Assembly (NCBI GenBank): GCA_001179505.1
Contig: CDMY01000638.1
Coordinates: 1 to 37,791 of the forward strand
DNA length: 37,791 bases
Direction of reading: 5' to 3'
Source: Vitrella brassicaformis CCMP3155
Taxonomy: Eukaryota; Protista; Chromerida
A model generated the notes under the pieces. That model ran no database searches and was not told where the DNA came from. It saw nothing but the letters and a program-made list of their open reading frames with translations. A program made the position numbers and the translations under genes. Position 1 is the stretch's first letter; the number at the start of each line of letters is the position of its first letter. Positions 11,154 through 20,029 of the stretch are shown here, one piece after another.

Positions 11154-12579
11154 TGTCATCCCATTGCCCACCGTGGCCTTGACACGTTTCATGTTTTCGA
11201 CAAGCGGTGCGGGCGGCGCGTCCTTGCGAGAGGCCTTGACCTCGCTGATATAGTCGCGGCCCGTCTGCTTGCCCATCCACTGCAGCACGGCGTCAAACGA
11301 GTAGTCGAATGGACCAGGCCCACCTGCACCAACGACGCACACACCGCACACAGACCCATTCCCCCTCATAAGTGTGTTTGTTTCCTCGATCTCTGGCCGA
11401 CCGATGAATGCCAGAGTGCCATCGGGTTTGAGGACCATGAGGCGGTCGGGCCAGGCGGCGTAGGCCACGCAGGCCTCGTCGTCCATGCCGTCGATGAGCA
11501 GCTCGCCAGTGACGCCCTTGCCGGCGAAGAAGTCCACCGCCAGCTTGGTCCGCTCGGCGAGGCTCGTTGTCTGCTTGACCTTCAGATTCCCATACACCGC
11601 CCACTCATCAGTCGGGTGGGCCTCCTGTGGCCACACACACACACAGACATGGAGAGATGGCCGCAGTCGTCACCCACAACCTCTGCTGGTGCGTGTGGTG
11701 TGTGCTGTTGAGTTACCCTCATGTAGATGGTGACGAACTTGGCGTCGTCCTTGAGCAGCTGTTGGGCGACCATCAGGTCGTCCATAACAGCCGCAAACTG
11801 ACATGCCAATCAATCAAGACATACAAACAGGGGGAGAAAGGGGCCACTCTCGAGCAAACCGAGGAGGGAGGCGGATCGGTCTCCTCTCTCTCGTGGCACT
11901 TACCGGGGGTCAGCTGCAGCTGCCGAAGTTGAGCACCAGGAACTTGGTGGCGTCGAGGAAGTCGTAGATGTAACGCCTCTCACCCTCAGTCGTGTACACC
12001 ACACAGTTGGGCGCCTTGCGGCCCTCTCTCAGGGTCCAGCGGCCACGTCTGCACACACAACACACACACAGCGTCTCCCTCCCTCCCTCTCTTCCTCGGC
12101 CCCGCGCCCACCTGTGAAGGCGCACATAGATCCAGATGCGGTGGTAGAAGGCGGGATTGGTCAGCGTGTGCCACATGGTCTCGCTGAGGTCATGTCGCAG
12201 CGGGTTGGGCTTCTCGGCGCCCAGCTCTCCGACGCCTTGTCGGTTGGTCATCGGGCCGGGCAGCCCGGTGACCTTGACGCCCAGCTCTCGCGAAGTGGGA
12301 GCATCCGGCTTTGTCGAAGCAGGAGCCTCCTTCCAGCCGAGCAGTCCCTTGATGAAACCCATAACGCACTTGAGAATGTAGCCCTGACAGCAGACAGACA
12401 AGGCACACACACCAACAAGCATGCATCTCATCCTCCCAATGGCATGCTGCTCATCAGCTCAGAGACGTCGCCGACGGACTGACCTGTGTCAAGAATCCGA
12501 CCATAATGGCAAACCTGATGACGTCCAGTGGCAGGTACGCCACCTCCCACAGCTGCTCTGACACCGACGAGGCCCTCAT
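10748..12579 (-). CDS. Iodothyronine deiodinase-like selenoprotein fused to a C-terminal glutaredoxin-like (CPFC) domain, 409 aa, Sec169
   Basis: Exons 12579-12484, 12383-12112, 12048-11904, 11797-11717, 11624-11402, 11323-11172, 11093-10923 and 10837-10748 (1230 nt, all GT-AG, phases consistent). Deiodinase motifs: G..APN, LVLNFGSCS(TGA 11912-11910)PPF, IYMREAHPTDEW, LIDGMDD...AYAAWPDRL, GGPGPFDY. There is an N-terminal hydrophobic anchor. Grx/GST-N motifs: CPFC (11051-11040), TQVP, LYES. Confidence 0.9.
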
Positions 12580-12786
12580 CTTGTGTGGAGGAAGAGATCA
12601 GCACAGCAGTCGACGACCTACACCATGCAGACCGCCGACCACCAGATCCAGGCGCTTGCCGACACCTCTCCGATGCCGCTGGCTAGCGAAAGAATGGATG
12701 AATTGGGAAAGTCCTTCTCTTGGAGCTGAGCTCGCAAACCCCCAAGCTCGCAGCCCGCTCTCCGATTTTCGACGGAAAGGCCAGCG

Positions 12787-13961
12787 ATGATAGCGGCGAT
12801 TGAGGTGCTGTCAGCTCACACGCTGCGGATCGGCGCCATTCTCGAGCTGATCTCCGTGATCTTTGCCCACACCCTGTTCGTCTCCGGATGCCTTTCCCCT
12901 ATCTATGACGTGTATGCGGCGTCCATGACGGGCCAGCCCGTCGATGACTACGATGCCAAGATGAAGGCCGCCGTTGCAGCCGCCCGCAAATGGAGTCTGC
13001 CCTCCCTCTATGGGCAGGTGCCGTGGATGACGGGCGCCCTGTTCATTCTCGGCTTCCAGGTGAGCATTCCACTGCAGACAGAGCGGAGGTGAGCTGTGTG
13101 TGTGTGTGTGTCGCGTCAACAGGTGAAGCTCACTGCAGACCCCTGGCTGTCCTCTCGGCATCGTCTGTTTCGGCTGGGAATCGGAGTGCTGCAGATCGGT
13201 GCCTTCCTGGACGTCACCTGGAACCTCGTCAGTCTCGCCGAGTGGTCAGCTTGAGGGCGTCCCAGATCCCATCGAGGGTGGCACGTGTATGCGTGTGTCT
13301 GTGTGTGTGTGCAGGGTGATTGCCGTCAACTATGTGAAGGCCTCCGACGCGACCGTTACCGCCCTCATTGAAGGAGGGTTCTTCTGGTGGCCTGAGATGC
13401 TCTTCGAGTGTTTCTTCTCGCTGCAGGCACTGGTGAGTGAGCGCGAGTGACGGTGTGGTGCCCGTACGTGTGTGTCGCGCGTAGTTGTATGGTGTGGCTT
13501 TCATGCTGCTGGATGTGCATCATCCGGAGGGCGGCAGCACCTGCCTGGCCTGGACCCTCCTCGTCTCGTGGACACTCACAGGCACCACCGGTACACACAC
13601 ACACAAACAGGCACACACAGGGACACACAGAAACGGTGCACATGGATGTGTGCGTTTGCATTCAGCCTTTCTCCGTCTGCTGGTGCCCCCCTCGTTTGCA
13701 CCGCTGAGCGTTGTGGTGCCCCTGGACACGCTGCAGCCCTTCTCTCTCATCCTATCTCTCACCCTCACTGTCGTCTGGTCTTTCTTATTCGAGCCGGCCG
13801 TCAACAGAGGCATGGACGCTGAGGCTGGTGGTGCTGATGAGTATGGTGGCCAGAGCATACCCAGCCATCCAGTGTGGCAATCGGCTGGTGTGAGTTACGG
13901 CCCTCTGAATGCTGCTGCTGCCCCGCCACACGCATACGAGATGGGTCAGGCGTATAAGTAA
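12787..13961 (+). CDS. Multipass membrane protein of unknown function (5 exons, roughly 6-7 hydrophobic segments)
   Basis: In-frame splicing: MIAAIEVLSAHTLRIGAILELISVIFAHTLFV...ALFILGFQ|VKLTADPW...IGVLQIGAFLDVTWNLVSLAEW|VIAVNY...FFWWPEMLFECFFSLQAL|LYGVAFMLL...LAWTLLVSWTLTGTTA|FLRLLVPP...FSLILSLTLTVVWSFLF...QAYK*. The start codon is uncertain. Confidence 0.7.
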
Positions 13962-14304
13962 AGGAGAGCGGGACAGTGAGTGGATGGAGGTGTGCTGATG
14001 TGTCGTTGCAAAGGGACAGTGTGTCCATTTAGCCAGGTGTGTATATGGCTTGCGTTGCGTTGAGGAGGCTATTTGACTAGGTGAGTGCCATTTAGGTTTA
14101 TGCGATGCGATGCAATGTGAGGGTATTAGTGGTGCGTTTCGGTGTGTGTCCTCCCTCCCTTAAGGTGTAAGGTAAGGTGTGTTTCTGCCTGCTTTATCCG
14201 TCCGTGCAATGCGATGGCGCCTGTGTGGGTCACCGACCAATGGACCAGAACGACAGTGTAGACGCATGCATTCGTTTGCAGGGTTGCCCATCAAACCAAT
14301 AAGA

Positions 14305-15642
14305 TCAGATCATCACCGAGTCCAGATTTGAACCAATCAGCAGGCAGGGCTTGCACCGTCGCCCACTTTCATCCAATACCTTCACACAACGACACAGAGA
14401 GAGACAGCACACACACACATACAAAACATCAAGAAGCGCTGTCGTCCTCCCCTCTGCGTACCTGTCTCACAGCTGCCTCCAAGGCAAATCTCAGCGTCAG
14501 GTTGTGGCCATTCCCGAACCAATCCACCACTGCCTTCGCAAACAACGACGTGCCATCTCCTCCATCCCCCTCCCCACCGGTCCCGCACACCAGGCCGCGA
14601 TTAGGCATATGCGACAGCAGCACGGCAAGCCGGCGATTGCGGGCAATGTCGGCGTCCGGCATCAGGCCAGGCCTGAAATGGCTCAGAGGCCGCCCTGGCT
14701 CACCCCAGAGCGGAGACACGTGACGCACGAGAGACACTTCATTGGCACACTTGTTGGGAAAGGCGTGTCTCAACGCCTCGGTTGAGAAGCCTACGATCCG
14801 GTCAGTGGGCTGGACGGGGGGCGAGAGGAGGGAAGGGGGAATGGGGATTTGGATGGGTGTGCATGGGCGCAAGTTCCGTCGGTCTGCCGGACTGCCGTCC
14901 ACAGGTGTCACCATGCGTGTCTCCGGCGGTCTTGTCGCCGTCTCTTGACACCGCAGCAGGCTCGCAGGCGGGTTGTGCGGTGTGCAGCAGCGATCGCCAC
15001 CAACAGGACTCGACTGGGCCACTTTCGCCGTGAGCCCCAAACCATAAGACACCTTCCAGTCGGGAAGAGCAGCAGATGGTGACGGCGAGTGGCCGTCGAT
15101 CACCACGACGCTCGGGCCACACGCTTCTGGCGGCGGCGAGCTGCCGTTTCTCGATACGCGATCCGACAGCCGCTGCGCCACGTAGTCGAGCGTCAGGTAT
15201 CCGGTGAGCGGGGCTTGGGGCAGCAGAGTGGAGACTTCGAAAGGCGAGTCGATGCCGTGCAGAAGTGTCGTTCCGTCATGCTTCTGGCTGCCCAGGCCAG
15301 TGAAATAGAAGAGAGCAACGTCATCAGGCTGAACAGTGGCCACAAACCGGTCGAGGTCGTCCCGCATGGCCGCAGTCATCCGGTCCGTCAGCACTTGAAC
15401 GGTGAAGTCGAGCGAAGAGAGGTGGAGGGCGACAAGTTGCGCGTCTGGGTGGGATGCGGGCAGGCGTCGGTCATGGCTGCCTCTGTTGGCGATGATAAGG
15501 GCTGCAAGGAGAAAAGGGAATCCATCAATCATCTTGGCCATATCATTCTCCCCCATTTGCTTCTCCCCCCACCTCGCTTGCCACGGCGTTCGGACTCATA
15601 ACCCTTCAGCCCCAAGCAAATTTCGGGTTCTTCGCAGCTCAT
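14305..15642 (-). CDS. Caspase-family (peptidase C14) homologue lacking both catalytic residues
   Basis: Exon 1 (15642-15573) joins 15501 to give GKRALIIAN. The p20-like core reads DAQLVALHLSSLDFTV..LTD...MRDDLDRFVATVQPDDVALFYFTGLG...VVVIDGHS. A p10-like region reads LVCGT..DGTSLFAKAVV, and the last exon (14379-14305) reads VLDESGRRCKPCLLIGSNL. Internal splicing around 14810-15010 is unresolved. Confidence 0.75.
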
Positions 15643-15856
15643 CGCCGTCCTCTGTCGGCCTTCCGGCTCCACGGGCGTGACGATCGTTCTGCGAGCTCAT
15701 CTCAGAGGTCCCAGATGGGACAATCCTCTGGGTTCTTTCCGGGAGCTGGAATGCTCAAGGTAGCATTCACATACACAGATTTGATACACACGACTGTCCA
15801 TTTGTATGTGGCTGGTGATGTTCAGATGTTGCCGTGTCTGAGGTCTGATGTGAAGC

Positions 15857-17548
15857 ATGGTGGATAAAGTCCCGCTGATCAGGGTGTCTGGGAGCTCGTG
15901 GAGGGACCTAGGGCGGCAACACGGGGCGGCTCTTAAGGACCGGATCCACGCAAGCGCCTCGTTCTATTTGGGCTTTTTCCAGGACAAGTGGCACTTCACT
16001 GAGGACGAAATCGAGGAGCAGTGCCGCGGCTACGCAGAGGCCATCCGGTCATTCAACGGCGATTACACAGAGGAGATCGAGGGAATCGCAGAGGCGGCCC
16101 AGCTGCCCGCATGGAAGGTCAATCAGAGCGCACATACGACTCACGGGGATGACCTCTACACGCTAAGTTTTGCTTCTGTTGGATGCCTGCAGGTGTATGC
16201 CCTGAATTGCAGGACAGAGCTCCTCAACTGGAAGAAGAGCGTCACCGAAGCGGCAGCACCACAAGCACGTCCTGAGGATCCAGTCGACGTCGACAGCTCC
16301 TCGTCTGTTGTGGGGGGAGAGTGCACTGCTCTGTGCAATGCTAGTGCGGGGCTGCTGGCACAGAACTGGTATGTGCCCGTCTAGCATACGCATACAAACG
16401 CCGCTGCATACGTACGCGTGCACGTGGGCTGTGGTGCACAGGGATTGGGACGTACGCTTGGAGGATCTGGTGGTGGTCCTGCTGATGGACAAACCTGACG
16501 GCTCACAAATCATGATGCTCACCGAGCCCGGCGTGATTGGAAAGGTGCGTCTGCACACGAACAGGCGAACGGCACATGGGAAAGACGGCAAGATGACCGC
16601 GTGTGTCTGACTTGTCATGCGTGTGGTTCAGATAGGCATGAACAGCGCTGGCGTTGGCGTCACACTACAGCTGCTGCATTGCCCCTGTCCGCGAGCGCCC
16701 CCCGGCACCACCGTGGCTGCTCGTCAGCCGACAGAGGACAGCCACGGCATTCCTATTCACATTCTGCTGAGGACAGTGCTGGACTCGCACTCGGCCACTG
16801 AGGCCTTCACCAAGCTCAGGGGTCTGCCGCAGGGCAAGAGAAACACAGCCAGCTGCATTATCATGGCCGACAAAGGAGGCAACTGCCACACGCTCGAGTT
16901 CGCCAGAGGAGGTGAGTCATGCCATCACCAGCACACTGCGAAGCCATTCACAGTGTCCCAATGACATTTCCTGTGTGTCAGCGATGGACGACATCAAGTG
17001 TCTTCCCGCAACGGACAAGCGCGCCTGCCGCCCCTTCCCCCACTGCACCCCCATCCACACAAACCACTACCTGGGCTGCGGGCTGGAGTGCCAAACGACG
17101 GGGAGCGAGACATCGTATGCGAGGTTCGACACGATGGAGAGGCTTCTGCAGGAGCTGAGCGGCCCGCCGATGCTTGAGGACATCAAGCGGGTGCTGGCGG
17201 ACCGGTCAAATGCAGAGTTGCCCATCCAAAGGCCGTACAAACATGACAAGTAAGTATTTCAGCACCGATGGCGCATTTGGGTGGTTTATGGATATAGACC
17301 TGCTGTGTGTCTTGGTCGGTTGCCGTGTGTGCAGGAAATACGGCCTGATGGGAGGCACAGTGGCCACAGTCATCCTGGAGCTGCAGAAAGGCGTCTTCCA
17401 TGTCACGCGAGGTAGGTCTGTGTGTCGAGGAAAGAGGCTCTTGGCCACGTCTCACTTTTCGTGCATCTGCATTGTGTGTGTGGATGTGGGTGCAGGGAAT
17501 CCCTATGAGCATCCGCTCGAGGCAATTTCGGCGCCGTGGGCGGCATGA
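15857..17548 (+). CDS. Peptidase C45 / acyl-CoA:6-aminopenicillanic-acid acyltransferase-like Ntn hydrolase (7 exons)
   Basis: Family motifs: G..HG...K..I, EEIEGIAEAA, ALNCRTEL, the GE/CT autoprocessing site (Cys codon 16322-16324), AQNWDW, TEPG.IGKIGMNSAGVGV, GIPIHILLRTVL, HTNHYL, S..RF, TVATVILEL. All six introns are GT-AG and in phase. Confidence 0.88.
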
Positions 17549-17994
17549 GAATACATTAATTGTGGATACGCATATTTTTGTAGTACCAGTGGGATGCGTG
17601 TGAAGCCATGTGTGTGGGACCGGTGATTGGCAGACCATTGTGATGATCGTGAGAATCAATATGCACGATAAGATCCATTGCATGCCACGTAGATTGTCCT
17701 AAGGCCGGACGTCCACGCATGAACGTGCACGTGCACATTGAAATCCGTCTCCCATCCACACTCCATTCGCACAACCCATGCATCATTCAATGGTCAGCCA
17801 CTATGAAATCGTCGTGTGTCATGGATACGCAGCAGCATAATGTGGGCTCTAAGAAGCACCCACCTCTCGGCCATCACAAAAGCACATATTCAGCCATCGC
17901 TGGCTTAGGGGTTTGACGGGCAACATGTCCCTAAGGCGCCCCCAAAACCAAACCATGGGTTCCTTGGACATGGCGTAGGTGGCGCAACTCGCAC

Positions 17995-19458
17995 GTGTGT
18001 CGGAAAGGTTGTCCCGAATCGAATGACATTGAGGAGATCTCCTGTGCGGATAATGATGGGAGAAGTGCCAGACCTGTTGTTGCTGTTCCGCTCCCTGCCG
18101 ACGTCTACTCTGCGGCCATTCTACCCTTCTTACCTCTGGATGATGCTGTGAAGGTTCGCCCCACCAGCAGGACGCTCAGCAAAGCCGTCGATGAGGCCTT
18201 CCTGATGCGCCACATTGGCAGATGCCTCGCACAGCAGCGGCTGAACGGCCTCGTTGATGTGGAGAGGAACACACAGCCAGCCGCTCCGTCCCTTTTCCGC
18301 TTTGGGAATCTATGTCGGTGCGCTCACATAATCGACAGGGCGGCTGGGTGGCGCCACATGGCCACTGTGGTGCGGCTGGCGAGTGCCTGTGGTGCGGTGA
18401 GGGGCGGCCGGCTGCCCCTGGTAATGTCGGCTGAGTGGCTCGTGGCGCATTATCTGCCCGACACAGCGACATCCGACGGGCGGCCGAGGGGGGCGACCAA
18501 AGGCTCACTCAGATACGTCCGGGCAGTGTGGAACATGCTGACAGGTGGCAGTGACACGTCATCCGAGAGTGTGGCCATCAAGCAGACGGACAGTGAGGAG
18601 GAGGTGAAGCTCATGACCTACTGGCCTGAGCAGCTGCAGCACCGCTGGTTTTGGTTTGAGCTGTTCTGTTGGCTCTGTTGTCCATCCATCGTGGCGGCGT
18701 TCATTGGCGGTGCCCGCGTGGCCATGCAGCGCCCTTTTAACTGGATCGGTGATCTGCTGCTGTTCCTGTGGTTCCTGGCGATGATGATCTTTCCTTTCTC
18801 GGCCGCTGGGCTCAGGATGCTCGAGGATCTCGAGGGCCCGCAGTGCTCCATGCCTTGGCTGACCATCGGCGGGAAGCGATTCCGCGTCGTTCCACGGGAA
18901 GAGATGTGCAGGTGGCACCCTTTCTGGCGAGACTACGACGAATTCGACCCGCCCATCCGCTGCGGCCAATGGTTGTATCCCTCCTGCACGTCATTCATCG
19001 CCTACACGTTGCTGGACAGCCTGGAAGTAAGGCAGCGGATGACGCATCTATACTCGATAAGCGCTGACCATTGGAAGCCGCTGTACCTTGGTGACGCTAA
19101 CCATTGGGAGCCGCTATACCTTGGTGACATCACTGGGGTCGCTGGGGAGGCGGACATACTTGCTACGTTTGAGGCGCCGCAAGACTTCGGCAGGATAAAG
19201 CGTTTCGAGGTACATCCGGTCAGGTTTTCGAGGAAGATCGTGTTCCTCCTAGGAGGGTCCGGTGGACCTATTGTGCTGGTCATTTTCGTCAGTAGCCTTT
19301 CCGTCAACGACGGGCCTTCTGTCAACGACGGAAAAGTTTGGCGGGTGGACACCAGTGAGGAGCCGGTGGCTGGTGGCCGGACTCTCGACGAGCGTCTCCC
19401 CGTTACTATGGCTCGGCTGAAGCGGTTCCTGTGGCGATACGGTGGTGGGGTGGACTAG
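17995..19458 (+). CDS. Intronless F-box-like protein with a two-helix hydrophobic insert
   Basis: 487-codon uninterrupted ORF. It has an N-terminal LPADVYSAAILPFLPLDDAVKVRPTSR F-box-like motif and hydrophobic segments WFWFELFCWLCCPSIVAAFIGG and WIGDLLLFLWFLAMMIFPFSAAG. No ATG is in frame at the 5' end, so the true start is unresolved. Confidence 0.7.
   Translation: MCRKGCPESNDIEEISCADNDGRSARPVVAVPLPADVYSAAILPFLPLDDAVKVRPTSRTLSKAVDEAFLMRHIGRCLAQQRLNGLVDVERNTQPAAPSLFRFGNLCRCAHIIDRAAGWRHMATVVRLASACGAVRGGRLPLVMSAEWLVAHYLPDTATSDGRPRGATKGSLRYVRAVWNMLTGGSDTSSESVAIKQTDSEEEVKLMTYWPEQLQHRWFWFELFCWLCCPSIVAAFIGGARVAMQRPFNWIGDLLLFLWFLAMMIFPFSAAGLRMLEDLEGPQCSMPWLTIGGKRFRVVPREEMCRWHPFWRDYDEFDPPIRCGQWLYPSCTSFIAYTLLDSLEVRQRMTHLYSISADHWKPLYLGDANHWEPLYLGDITGVAGEADILATFEAPQDFGRIKRFEVHPVRFSRKIVFLLGGSGGPIVLVIFVSSLSVNDGPSVNDGKVWRVDTSEEPVAGGRTLDERLPVTMARLKRFLWRYGGGVD
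19063..19128 (+). repeat. In-frame 33-bp tandem duplication (ADHWKPLYLGD / ANHWEPLYLGD)
   Basis: gctgaccattggaagccgctgtaccttggtgac followed directly by gctaaccattgggagccgctataccttggtgac. Confidence 0.9.
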
Positions 19459-20029
19459 CTAGCTGAGTGGGGTCATTTCGCCAAGTGTATATTGTGCAGC
19501 GCGTGTGTGAGTAGGTAGCTAGGACTGCTGCTGGATCGGGGGCGGGTGCTCGGCTGAGTGTGTCTCGAGGAACAGCCAGGCCTTGAGTTAGTTATTTGGA
19601 GGACAGAAAGTGTCACTCGAGCAGGACACGGCTCACAAAGGAATCAAAAGAAACTCATCAACGAACCAAACCATTCACGGAAGCGAATGAATTGAAGCGC
19701 ATTAGTGAGAAGTCTGAGTCCAACATGTAACGATCCAATACAATGCGCTTCCATGTGCGTACGTATATGTCCACATATGCACTTATCTACATATACACAT
19801 ATATACACATCGACACGCATACGCAGTGCCAAAAAGGACATCACATGATATGACAAGCAACCAACACACGCCTCACTACTAAAGCGACGTACGCCGTCCT
19901 TCCGCTGTCTGCTCGGTGCGGTCCAGTCCACTGCAGTGCATTTCTAAATCCCTATGTCTCTTTTTTCCAAGAGCGACAAATGTTGTACCGGATAAATCGG
20001 CCACTCTGTCATCCCTACTAATCCCAATT

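Noticed and set aside
10950-11711. 253-aa plus-strand ORF and similar long antisense ORFs (5625-6209, 6211-6912, 6579-7223, 29781-30548)
   Set aside because: Shadow or alternative frames of GC-rich real exons.
11910-11912. Reading the TGA as a true stop (pseudogene) or as Trp from a variant genetic code
   Set aside because: It occupies the known Sec position, downstream exons are intact, a SECIS is present, and TGA acts as a normal stop in other genes here (14305, 17548, 31817).
12506-12790. 94-aa plus-strand ORF upstream of the membrane gene
   Set aside because: Overlaps deiodinase exon 1 antisense and the shared promoter region; no supporting motif.
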